NCBI GenBank assembly: GCA_951406725.2
Contig: OX597815.1
Span: forward strand, 115,940,001-116,004,000
Source of the DNA: Octopus vulgaris
Taxonomy: Eukaryota
DNA length: 64,000 nucleotides
Direction of reading: 5' to 3'
Positions 26,401-38,811 of this stretch are shown in pieces (within the stretch, counting starts at the first letter, position 1; each line of letters opens with the position of its first letter). A program made the position numbers and the translations under genes. Under the pieces are notes generated by a model that had not been told where the DNA came from, did not search any database, and was given only the letters and a program-made list of their open reading frames with translations.

Positions 26401-27044
26401 AAAATGTTGCTATGCATGTTGCCTACCTGCTTTACTTTTGTATTCTTAAAAGTTTTCTCATGTTCTTTATATCTTAGATACTTATATAAATTGTTGTGAG
26501 GTGTGTTCTTTGATTTTTGTTTTGCAATACTAGATGTCTCTTTTTCACTCCTAATCTTTTCAGTCAAGATAATAGCATGATTTTTGTTTGACTTAATGAA
26601 ACAAGTAGAGAATTATGCATTGAGCAAGGTCATTATGCAATGTGAAAGATAGTTTGTGAAAACAAAAATTTTTGTAAGTAAATCGGCATGGTAGTTGGCT
26701 CCTAAGGTACTGAACAATATATCCTAAGTATATTAGCTGAAACTTAACTAAGTATTACATTTATTATATTTCTTCAATTAACTGATTTTGGAAACCTAGT
26801 ACCATTCCACTTTTACATATGAACTGTTGATCTTAGAAAATTTTACTGTTAAAAAAAAAAGACCAAAAATTCATATTGTTTTTAATGTAGAAAAATCAAC
26901 TTAGAAGCATTTAAATTATACCATTGTATACTGTATAAATTTAAAAACAGGGCCTATTAGGTTTTCTTTTTGGAATATAATTTCATGGTTTGAACTCACT
27001 ACGTCATTGTAAAACAATGATTTTAAAGGTATGACTTTTAGGTA

Positions 27045-27268
27045 TAACCCTTTAGCATTCACATTACTCTGTCAAATGTAATGCTTATTTATTCACATTG
27101 TTTTGAATTAATCATGAAGTATCTCATGGCTTTTAGATTTTAATGATGTGATTGTTTATTTTTAGAATGACATTTTAGAGTTGGTATGAGAGGCTAGATC
27201 TGGTCAGTTTGAACATAAGCAGGTTGAATATTTGGGCCAGATATAGCTGGTTTAAATGCTAGAGTTAA
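27045..27268 (+). mobile_element. piggyBac-type MITE
   Basis: TAACCCTTTAGCATT ... AATGCTAGAGTTAA (TTAA target, short TIRs); inverted copy at 45473-45700. Confidence 0.8.
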
Positions 27269-27967
27269 TGCCTATGGATGCCATTTGCAAAGAATGTTTC
27301 GTTGCAAGCATTCAGACTACATGTTCAGCTGGGGTTTATTGTGATGACACAGTGTATTAACACTTCCTATACTCTTCTTAAAGTCAAAAATGCTAAATTC
27401 ATTTCTTCATCTTCTCATACGCATTGACTCTGATCTGCTTTAGACCCAATACATTGTCTCTTACTAAATGCAAAATATCTTCCTGAATACATTTACTTTC
27501 TCTACTGTTCTCTCTGAAGATCCTCTATAGCTTTTTGATCACCTCTTCGTGTGTCAAGAATGTCCACAACTTTTCACACTCTTTCCAAACTGACACTGTT
27601 GGTGCAGAAACTGAGCCTTTTGCAATCATTAACTTTCTGCATCAGTTTGCTTTTATCCTTTACATACATCCCTGACTAATATATATCTTCTAAATATCTT
27701 TGATCTCTTTCTCATTGCCAAACTCATCCTACACCAAACTATCACTGATTTTCTTTCTATTTGGTTATTTGAACATTGCCTTACCATGATGAACCATTAC
27801 ACATCCACATATGTTGTGCTCTTCACTGTTTTGAGGTCAGCCAGTTTATTTATGGTAGCTTTTCCTTATAGCAAGCACATCTGACTCTTTAAATAACAGT
27901 TAAGCAGTTAATTGAAATTATCCTGAGACATGTCCTTCCATAGACTACACACATAGGAAACTTAAAG

Positions 27968-28457
27968 CTTTTTATGTGACACCAGCAGCAGTACTGTTTA
28001 CGTGACACCAGCAGCAGTGCTGTTTGTGTGACACCAGCAGCAATGCTGTTTGTGTGACACCAGCAGCAGTGCTGTTTGTGTGACACCAGCAGCAGTGTTT
28101 TTCTTTTGCATGGCACCAGCAGCAGTGTTTTTCTTGTTGCGTGGCACCAGCAGCAGTGTTTTCTTGTTGCGTGGCACCAGCAGCAGTGTTTTTCTTTTGT
28201 GTGGCACCAGCAGCAGTGTTTTTCTTTTGTGTGGCACCAGCAGCAGTGTTTTCTTGTTGCGTGGCGCCAACAGCAGTGTTTTCTCGTTGCGTGGCGCCAA
28301 CAGCAGTGTTTTCTCGTTGCGTGGTGCCAGCAGCAGTGCTTGTTGTGTGGCACCAGCAGCAGTGCTTGTTGTGTGGCACCAGCAGCAGTGCTTGTTGTGT
28401 GGTGCCAGCAGCAGTGCTTGTTGTGTGGCGCCAGCAGCAGTGCTTGTTGCATGGCAC
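27968..28457. repeat. Minisatellite of ~17 units of 26-30 bp (GTGGCACCAGCAGCAGTG...)
   Basis: 26-bp units at both ends and ~30-bp units in the centre. Confidence 0.95.
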
Positions 28458-30189
28458 CTTGGTTTTGGGATCTCAATTCTGTTGTGGTGGATGGGTCTTC
28501 TTGAGTACAGTAATGTGTCACATATCTTGGTCTTCTATCATCTTTGTAAGGACCAGTGTTTTGTGATTGGCCTTCAATATTTGGCAATTCGAAATAACAA
28601 TGACTGCATTGCAAAGACTGACCCCACTTCAGGACCAAAAATATATCAGCCAACATCTGCTACTAATTTTCTACTAAGCTCATGTGAGGCTTACAGTGAG
28701 GTACTGCTCCCAAAATCTAAAATGGTGCTGTTTCTACACACACACACACACACTCACTATGCATTAAAACAAAAAGGACTACCTGATTGGTTGTCATGAA
28801 CTTGTTCACTTCTACATCCCTTTTACACGCTGTCTCTTCTGCAAGTGGTCAAGAGCAATATTAACCACATCAGTTTTATCAGTCTGTGAGTTTGCAAAAA
28901 TTCATGACTATAGACCAATCCCTTTCCCAACAAATCTCAATTTGCAGTGTGTGGGGTATGGTATGCTGATCACAGATTTACCAAAAGATAGACTTTATAC
29001 AATCTTGTTGTAGTGACTACATTACACACACATACACACACACACATTTTAGTAACAATGTATAACATCTCTATCATTATTAATAATAACTGCATCAACA
29101 TAAAATCAAAAGGATTTTTATAAACAATGTCAACATTTCTTTCAGTAGCTACTAAGAAGAAACTTGTTAGATTTTACTTGACTGTTAGTCTTCACTCAAC
29201 TTTTCTAAGTCTTCTTAAGCACATTCAGTGTAATTTAGTGAAAAAAACGATACCTAGAAAAATTAAGATTCTCCAGCTGAAGTCTACTCAATCGGGACTG
29301 GCTGAGAACAATCTAGAATGACTACAAAGAGACAATTATGCGTGTTCATATTTATTGATAATTTTGTTTTGCTGGCATGACATGGATAGCTGTTCAGTTT
29401 AATTTCCTCTTGCTGATTTGTTTACTAACCCTTAATTAGCTACCATCTTGACTGAAATAAACACTTGCTTATAAGGTAACTTGAAACTCTTACTAAACCC
29501 ACTTGACTAGTCATTAATTGTGATGCTAGTAATTAAGCATTGAAAGGAGGGAGTATTGTTACTTAATACTAGATGTATACACAAAAAGTTAATATAGAGT
29601 GATGTATTATGTAAGCATGTGGCAAATATAGCAATATTTAACAGTAAATAAATCATTCAGCAAGATTGATCTATTTTTACACTAACTTATGAATCAATCT
29701 GGTTATTGGAGAACTCAGTTTATAGACTTGGTAATCAATAACTAATACAATGCTGTTACAACTTAGTATAGTTAGACAATTGATAAGCTTATAAATCAGG
29801 TTAGATTTGAATGAGTTATGAACAGGATGTTTACTTTTATATTATATGTTGGTTACGTTGAAAGAATACATATGTATGCAGCTATGTAAGTAATGTATAT
29901 GGAAAGAAAGAGATAGTTGCTTATAAAACATATTATCATCTTATTTTGAATGTTAGTAAATCATTGTTGGAAATGTCCAGTATCATGAAAATTGTAATAG
30001 TTACTAAATATTACCTGTTTTTAGTCATATAAGAAAAAAAAAGCTGGACAGTGGCCATAATCTTTGATGACTCCTATATATTACAAAACTGATCATCGTT
30101 CATGTTTTCAAGGATTTTTCTAAATTCTTATTAATGTAATAACATTTGGGTTTCTCACAGCCAGTATGTTTACATTGTTTTCCTGGCTA

Positions 30190-30370
30190 CAGGCACAAGC
30201 ATAGCTGTGTAATTAAGAGGCTTACTTCCCAAGTAGGTGGTTTCAAGTTCAGCTTTACTATACAACACCTTTAACAGGTATCTGCTACTATGGCTCCAGG
30301 CAGATTTGTGACTGAATTTGATAGACAGAAACTGGAAAAAGCCCAGTGTGGATGAGTGTGTGTATGCATA
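30190..30370 (-). mobile_element. 5' half of a family A SINE, degenerate
   Basis: Contains GCTGTGTAATTAAGAGGCTTACTTCCC...GTTCAG...CTACTATGGC...GAATTTGATAGACAGAAACTG, family A head motifs. These read in + orientation, so the strand call is uncertain. Confidence 0.5.
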
Positions 30371-30399
30371 CACACATCACTTCATCTTCACATTATGGT

Positions 30400-30590
30400 G
30401 TAAACATCTTCTTCCAGGGTACATTCTTCCACTTTTGAAGTGCCCGTGCCACTTGAAACATTGCGTACAACTCATTGCCTCATTGCCATAAACTTGCTAA
30501 AGCATCCTCAATGTCTCTAGTAGACTTCCCAAGTTTAACACACAATTTCACGTTGGCTCTTTGTCCCTGTCCACGACAAAATCACAGACT
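30400..30590 (-). mobile_element. mariner transposase N-terminal HTH fragment
   Basis: Minus strand reads QRANVKLCVKLGKS.../ETLRML*QVYGNEAMSCTQCFKWHGHFKSGR, the typical mariner N-terminus. Confidence 0.8.
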
Positions 30591-33500
30591 ACGCTTATAG
30601 CATAGTTCAAAGAAAATTATTCCAGCTCCAGCTTGGATAGCAGTCATTCATCTTCATCAAAATTCAGAAAGTTTACTGATATTTTATGCTGCATATTCAT
30701 ATCAATCCATGACAATATGAATAAACATATAAAAACAATAATAAACCTCATGTATATCTTGTAAGTTTAACTAAATCCCTGATGGAGGAGTATGGGAGTT
30801 GAGTTAAGGTATTGTAGCTTTCCACTTATAATTAAAATCAAGCTATTGACTTTATTACTTGTCTTCATCAACTATGATATCTTGTAAATATTTTTAGTTT
30901 GCTGACATAGTTGTAGGAAAGGAATTAGCATTATGTTCATCACTTACATAAGTTGTCTTTTATTAAGAGTCGATTGGGTTAGTTTAGTTTGAATTTCTGA
31001 AAGTTTGTGGTTATAGACTTGTTGGTTAATGAAACTTCTGAATGCCATTTTTTATAGATTTGCTCAAGAATGTTTGTATGTAGGAACTTGTAATCTCTCA
31101 TATAAACAGTAGTCTATTGTACTGGTTGCACTTCAGAATTCTAGTTGTGGTCAGAAACTGATGAGAGCTGAAGTATTTTCTTACCTTGAAAAAGGATGCA
31201 GTTTTCAGTGTTGTAGATATGTTATTGTCATCAGAAGTCATCAAAAATTGTAAGGCCTAGAATTTGTAGTGATTGAAAGGATTTTGCGTTGTCCATGAAT
31301 TGTGATGACCTGGGAGTTAATAAAATAGGGAGTAATACAGTGAGGGTTGATTCAATTGAATAAATTCTTGTCCCAGTACAAATATAATATTAAGTTAAAA
31401 CTTTAGTAGTTTTATCCATCTTTTTGCTGAAACTGCACGATCTCTATCAATCTCTATTGGCGCAAGCAATACTGTTGAAGAAATTTAATTTAACCGGATA
31501 TTCCCCTCCTCACCCACAAAAAGCTACTCTCTTATAACAGGAAATATTACAAAATTAATTGGAATTTGTCGTGTATTTATTTTTCCCAGCACCTAATGTA
31601 TAACTTTTTCTCTGTTATTTTAATGGTGCTGCTTTCTAATAGTGCAATTTATTGTTTGGAGGATATATTCTGTTATTTGCAATATCTAACTTTTTCAATT
31701 ATATTCTGCTTGTGTTAATGTGAATGGGTTACACCATTGTCAGTTTTTGACATTACTTCCTATTTTCCTGTGCACGTTTTTATAGCTTTATTTTCTTCTT
31801 GACATTTCCTTTATGCCTTTTGAAAGAAGCTGACAGAGATATTTTATAGCAACAGCTTGAGTGATGGTGATAGCAGCTCTTCTAAATCTAGTAAAACTTA
31901 AAATTAGGAAGATTAAAAAAAAAAAGTTTGGAATACATAAAAAAGATAAAAAAAAAACATTAACAAATATAGCTAACAATAAAATAATTAAACAGTGAAA
32001 CTATATGCCAAAATAAACTAATTTTCATAACACAAATCAAATACTACAGGTTTGAAAAGGAGTAGGAAGAAGCATAAGCTTATTTATTCTTATCTCCTTT
32101 AAAATTACGTCTCCATTAACTTGCATCTGCAGTTTATAAACAATTACCCCAGTTTTATACATGACCCAACTATCCACCTGGTGTCAATAAAATAAATAGC
32201 TTAATTATCCCAGCCCTTTCTCATCCCCACACCATTTACATGAATAATGTTTGTAATTCAGTTTCACATCCAAACCATTCCACAAATTCACTGCACAGAG
32301 TGAAATACACTTACTCTTCATAATGGTGTAAATTCAAACTTTTTAAATATATTTATGGTCATATTGTTATAAAACACTTAAACTTGAATATTCATTTCTA
32401 ATAATACTGTTTAACACACAGTGTACTTTTAATATTGCTTTTATTATTCTCACATATAATATTTATTCTTATATACCCTCATGATATTAGTCATCTTACA
32501 TTTTTTATAATAGCAACAGGCTTGATTACATGTAACAAATATTCAGACCAAAATCACAGACAGAATGAAAGCAACTGGTTTTGCCATGCTTTTATGTTCT
32601 TCAGCACGTTAATCATTTTTCTGTATCAAAATTATTTTAACATTGTTCAATGTGACTGACTGAAAAATAAAACTGAACCAACAAATATATGGTACTCTTT
32701 GATATCTCTAAAGAAGGAGCAATTATCACAGCTGTATCAGTGATACTTCTTTAATGTTTTCACATGTTCTTCACTTATCTAAATTCACTTTTAATTATTA
32801 TTATAAACAAAAGTTGAGATGACAGCACTAGTATTGTTTTTGAGTTTGGGTTACATATGGTATGGCTTATCAAATATTCATAGGATCTTGAGATCTTGTC
32901 TAGATGATCTAAAATTCAGATCGAGTTTGATTGTAATTGATGTTATGATCTCTCTTAACCTTCAAGTTAAACTGGTCATCTGTGTACTATCAGCTGATAC
33001 CATTGAAGAGATTCTTTTCCTACTCATTAACATTGTCCATATTCTGAAATTTGTAATCAATGCATTTAAAAATTTTCATACACATTGTTTCATATTCTTT
33101 AATCCTTGTTTGTTGTTCATCACTATCTCTAAATAGAGATGAATGACTTCTGTCAGGACAATTCACAGTTGTATGTAGAGTATTCATTCCATTTGAGATT
33201 ATTATACTTCACTTTGATGTATTGTTCTTTTAGTCTCACTAGTATTTGTCTAATTCTTCCTTATTTCTATTGATCAGCACTTTAGCTTTTTCTGTTAGGT
33301 TTTGTAAAAGTTTTGTTATCCATGTAGCTTGTATCATCCCCTGTCTTTCAAAAATCAAGCCTTTGTGGCAATGTCTACATTGTCAAAGGAAAATGTCTGA
33401 TCCCTTTAACTGATTTGTTTGTGAAATGTTATTTTGTGCTTCCTAGTTGTAAATAATATTATTACTGGTTTATCATTCCTTTTTTATTTCTTGAAGGATA

Positions 33501-34964
33501 GATTAACATGCCCCTATTAATATTTTTACCTCATGTCTAAGACTAAGAGTCTACAAGAAAACAGTCACCTGTTTCTCTATGGAAATAATAGCTCTTTGCT
33601 TCTCACCCTTGCATATGACCAGGTTTATTGTCTATCCTAGAAAACAATGTTGTTCATTCTTCTGTCTTGTTTCAAATCAGCTACATATTTTCCCAGATGT
33701 ATGATGGTTTTTTTTTTTTACCTTCTCAGCATTGTGTAGCTTTTATACTTCCTACACAAAGTCCATAACATTTTTTGTTACAGTCTGACTGCAGCCACCC
33801 ACTTTATGATATAGATTTTAAAAACAAAGCAGAAAAAAAGCTCTGTACTAATATACTAATCTAGTTAAATATTGTTTCTATCTTTCTCCTTTATTCTCTT
33901 ATATGTTCTCTATTTTATTGCTAATAACAATTTCCCTAATGGAGTTTCAGAACATGAACTTATTTGAAGAAAGAAAACTGTACTACACTTTGATTTATTA
34001 TGCATGACTGGGCAATTTTACAGTGGCTCTTTTGAAAGATTCATATTCAAATATTTCCAAAATTCCATCATAGCATTTTCTCTATGATCAAGCTGTAATC
34101 ATTGTCTATATATGACTTACTATGGGAGCCTTAGGCCCTTAACCTCCAACATTACTTCACAGCAAGACTTTTTACTTATAAAAAATATATTAATTCATTT
34201 ACTATGCAATGCTTCATATAATTAAAAGATTGATTATAACTTATGAAGAATAGCGTGAGCGCAATCCGCAGAATATGTGTGAAAGATTAAGATAAGTTCA
34301 GTGTAGACAACTTGAGAAAGTGTTTAATTGTAAGAGGCATTGATTACTGACAGAGAAATGATTGCTGATTAAGAGAAGAACTTGTAAAGAGAACTGAGGA
34401 TGCTATTTGTGTAAAGAAAAAGTAATGTTTGATGGCATACAGAGATAGAACAAAGAAGGTAGTAAGTAGATAGGCTCAGATGATGTTAAAACAGCAGACT
34501 TAACCATTTCATGCTTGCAAAAAGGAGAGTGGGAGAGAAAGAGATAGATGCACAAAGTATTGAAAGCTTGCATAACATATTGGAAAATAAAACAATTAGT
34601 TGGAACTAGTGTATTGAATAAACATATCCAGTAACCAAGTATTAGTAAGCCCTAAGAAAATCTAATTTTTTATGCCTGTGTGTGGGTGTACTTTCTTCAT
34701 GAGTTTATCCCAAGTTCAGTTCAATAAGTGTGACTACAGGCAAGATAGCAAATGCTGTTTTTGTATTGGTTATTATCAGGTCATGATGTAAGAGTAGAGG
34801 CTGGTAAATAGAAAACCATTGACATGAAGAGAATCTAAATTTCTTTTGGTAATTTCAAAGAGAAAGGAAAAATGGAATTTGTTGGAATTGGAGAGATTCC
34901 CAGAATATACTGAGGCATTGATTTTAAGTTGTTTCTTTAACTCCCACGTTCTTCTCTTCTGTTT

Positions 34965-34999
<35 letters not shown>

Positions 35000-36496
35000 A
35001 ATAGACATCTCAAAAGCAGTTCGATTTTAATAAATTTACATATAAGTATCAAGAAAGCATTGTTATTTATGTTTCTTGGAAGAAATTTATTTGTATTGCT
35101 ATCTCATATAACATATGGTATGTTTCTAAGTTACTGGAATTATTTGCAATCATTAGAATTGCTAATTAAAACTAACCAAAAAAAAAAATCAATTACATAA
35201 TATATTCTTAATACAACATTTGGTAAAAGATGTCAGAAAAATAGAAAAGATAACCTGTATAACAAACATGTTCCTATGTTATATGTTTTTCAAGCAAAAG
35301 TCATGACTTAGCTAACTGGAGAAAGTTCTTTGCTATTGACATAAAGATTACAAGTTCAAATTCTGGTACTGAAATTACACCCAAAGAAAAAATACCATTA
35401 TCTATTTGCCCTTTCTACTTTATTTCACCAGGATTCAAGAATATGCTGCTATGGATAATATTCAGCAGTAAATGAACGGATATGGATTATTCTACATAAA
35501 ATAAATAATTTTCTCAATGTTTTCTTCTCCATTTTGTACTCACTCTCATTTCTTAAAGTTCAGATACTTGGCAAATGAAGTTGATGCATTTCATTTTTTT
35601 TATTTAACCTTTTTGTTCATAAAATGTAAAAATTCAGTGTTTCCTTCCCCCCCACCCACATATATATAATATTTATTTATTCATTTTATTTTTCAGAGTT
35701 GAACTTGCCAATAACTGTGTAAAATGGGGTTGCCAATTTTGTTTCCTCTGCAAGATGACAGCAAATGCCTCGAATGTAGTATTGGAACCTTGTATATGCA
35801 GAGTATCAATACGGAAGGTAAATATCTTGAAATGATATAACTTAATTCCTGTCATTAATCCTTTAAATCTGTCCATCATTTCTCTTTCTTTCCATTTCAC
35901 ACTTCCATTACCTAAAAAAAAAAAAAAGAAGTAATTTTCTGAATCATTTCCTACTTGCTTAAAAACAAAAATTATTGCTATTTTATGGATGTAAAACAGC
36001 ATGAAAAAAAAAGGTCTTATTTAAATCATTGACTGTTTACTTCATTTTATGTGTGCATGCTGTATTTATACTTTTATACTGCTTTACAGATGATAATCCT
36101 GCCAGGTGCTATTTTCTTTTACTTGATAACTATCTTTAAAGGGATACAAATAGGGATTTGTATAAAATCTGTTAAAATATTGTGGAGAACGATTTATAGG
36201 CCAATTATAACTTGAAAACAGTACAGGATGTAAGATGATTCATAAAGAATTACTTGAAATTTCAAAAAAAAAAAAAGAAATACTCTCTTCACCTGTAAGA
36301 CATTTGCTGTCTACTTGTAATTTATCATCATTGCCATCAGTTTCATTATTAGTCCTAATATCATCAGTGTTGGCCTCGACAGAATCTCCTCCATCATCAT
36401 CATTTGCATTACCCCTATTTTCATTAACAACAAAAACAATTGTAGAATGTATTTTTCTTCAAGCTGATATAAGTAAAGGGATTACTGTATTTTTCA

Positions 36497-36705
36497 GTCA
36501 TCATTATTATCATTTAATATACATTTTCCATGTTTGCATAGGTAGGAAAGTTTAACAAGGAGCCACTGAGCTGCAGGGCTTTGTCAAGCCCCAACGTCAT
36601 CTTTGGCATGGTTTCTATAATCGGATGCCCTTCCTATTGCCAACTACTTTACAGTCTACTGGGTGCTCTTTTTGTGTCAGTAACAGTGGTGAAATTGCCA
36701 TGTAA
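36497..36705 (-). mobile_element. RTE-type 3' tail fragment (LINE or family B SINE)
   Basis: TCATCATT...TTCCATG...GGATGCCCTTCCTATTGCCAAC...GGGTGCTCTTTTTGTG is the reverse complement of the 15380-15560 motifs. Confidence 0.7.
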
Positions 36706-37464
36706 CTTGGAAGACAGAAAAGAACAGATGAGGAAAAGGAAAGGGAGGAAAAAGCTCCCACTACTAAGAAGAAATATTTGGGAGGGGAAGTTGAAGATGA
36801 ATGGCTGTATGCCAGGTGCTGAAAGGCTGAAGTACGCTTGATAGACATACACTGGTCTCTTGCTGTAGAGAAGATATATGGCTGAAGGAAATAAGAGAAG
36901 ATATATTGTTCCTCTGGCCATATATCTTCTCTGTATAGGTGCTAGAGCAAACTCTCAAAGAACAAGAAGTTGAGCATAGAAGACAAGGATGGCAGATCAT
37001 GGGAGGGGATGAGAGTGGATGCTTTCATAATAGTGTGGAAGGAATAAACTGGTGGAAGAAGGTTATTGTAGTTGAGTGAAGACCAAGAGTTGGGGTACAG
37101 ATGTTGAGAAATACCAGTATGCAGAGGAGTAATGTGGGAGATATAGGAGTGACTGAGGAAGGAGAACAGAAGTAGACTGATGTGTAAGGTGTAGGAACTG
37201 ATGGGAGGAAGAGATAGGGATGTTTAAGGAGCATATGTGAGTTATGACAGTAGATATGGGAAGATATTGATAATGATTGCAGAAAAGAAAGGTGTTTAGA
37301 ATGGTTTATAGATGTATAGCGGAGAAAGGAAAAAAGGCAATGGCTGAAATCATAGAAAGGAGGTGTGATTGGTTGAATTGGTGTGGATAAGAACATTTGA
37401 TGAACATTTGTTATTCTCTTTCCAAATTCTGTTGCATTTCACATAGAATTTTTGGTCCTCCAAA

Positions 37465-37548
37465 GTGGTCTTTGTGTATAAGTTGACCTACCTTTTTTGG
37501 ACATAAATTTTTACCTGAAAAACTCAAGTTGTATGCCACAATATAGTA
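37465..37548. mobile_element. End fragment of the pogo/Tigger-type element also seen at 10436-10626
   Basis: GTATAAGTTGACCTACCTTTTTTGGACATAAA...GTTGTATGCCACAATATAGTA. Confidence 0.55.
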
Positions 37549-38390
37549 CACAAATTACTACTGCATTTTGACAAAGAAAGCTTCTTTCCTTAAAAACTCA
37601 GAAATCAGGATATTTATTAATCTTCTGCTTAATGCATATTTATCCCATATGTATTTCCTAAACTTGCTTGTTCAAGAAATGTTAGCAGAAATATAGGTGC
37701 TTACGTTAAGTTATTACTGAATAGTTTGAGTCATTTTTTTCTTTAGCATAGAAAAAGCAAATAAAATATTTAGGGGCAGGTTTGTAATTTTTTTTATGTG
37801 TATATTCTCTTCTTCACTCTTCTCTTGGAACATCCTATGGATTCTATCTTGACAGTATGCTACAGTATTTTAGGGTATGCAGTGCCTGTTTTGCCATTCA
37901 GTCTATTCTTGTAGAATACTGACGTGCATGGTAAACATGGTTAGTGTATATTTTCATTGGGGCACACTGAGAGGTAGTTCACAATTTAATATTAAATTCA
38001 GACCTAGTACAGTTGTTGTCGCATCCATTTCATGTGTAGTTTTGTACTAGGTCAATCAGGTATGTTGTGCTTGTTCAAAGAGATTAATGTTCTATGTTGT
38101 CTCATCCTGATGTGTTTAAGGATGGTTTGGACAGTAAATGTAAATGCTGCATGGTGAAGCAAACTGTGGTCATGTTCTGAGCTCTTAAGATCTTTAATTT
38201 CAATATTAAATTATTCTTTTATTTCTCTGTTGGCTTATTGATATATCATTAGTGTGATATGATACTTTAGTCATAGCAATCCAATTTATAACTACCAATG
38301 ACTAAATATTTTTTTTCCTTTCATGCCCTTATAGGTTATTAGTCCTATGATTCATTGAATTGTTGTTGTATTAAGTTACAGTCTTTAAGC

Positions 38391-38811
38391 CTTTACTCTC
38401 TTTTACTCTTTTACTTGTTTCAGTCATTTATTTGACTGTTGCTATGCTGGAGCACTGCCTTTAGTCGAGCAAATTGACTCCAGGACTTATTTTTTGTAAG
38501 CCTAGTACTTATTTTATCGGTTTCTTTTGCTGAACTGCTAAGTTACAGGGACGTAAACACACCAGCATCGGTTGTCAAGTGATGTTGGGGGGGGGGGGAC
38601 AAACACAGGCACACACACATACACATATATATATATATATATGTACATATATACGATCGGCTTCTTTCAGTTTCCGTCTACCAAATCCACTCACAAGGCT
38701 TTGGTTAGCCCAAGGCTATAGTAGAAGAGACTTGCCCAAGGTGCCACACAGTGGGCCTGAACCCAGAACCATGTGGTTGGTAAGCAAGCTACTTACCACA
38801 CAGCCACTCCT
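38391..38811 (-). mobile_element. tRNA-derived SINE, family A (full length)
   Basis: Colinear with 3336-3810. Confidence 0.92.

Noticed and set aside
27889-28799. Long Cys/His-rich ORFs in several frames
   Set aside because: They are by-products of a stop-free minisatellite that is open on both strands.
30153-30190. miR-2-like TCACAGCCAG
   Set aside because: Seed-only match; the 3' part differs and there is no proper precursor hairpin.
32880-33400. Minus-strand protein-like fragments (WITKLLQNLTEKAKVL) vaguely resembling a retroelement gag
   Set aside because: Multiple stops, no diagnostic motif and no LTRs; cannot be supported without a search.
36700-37400. Purine-rich tract with several overlapping ORFs
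   Set aside because: Compositional bias, possibly an unrecognisably old retroelement; no motif identified.
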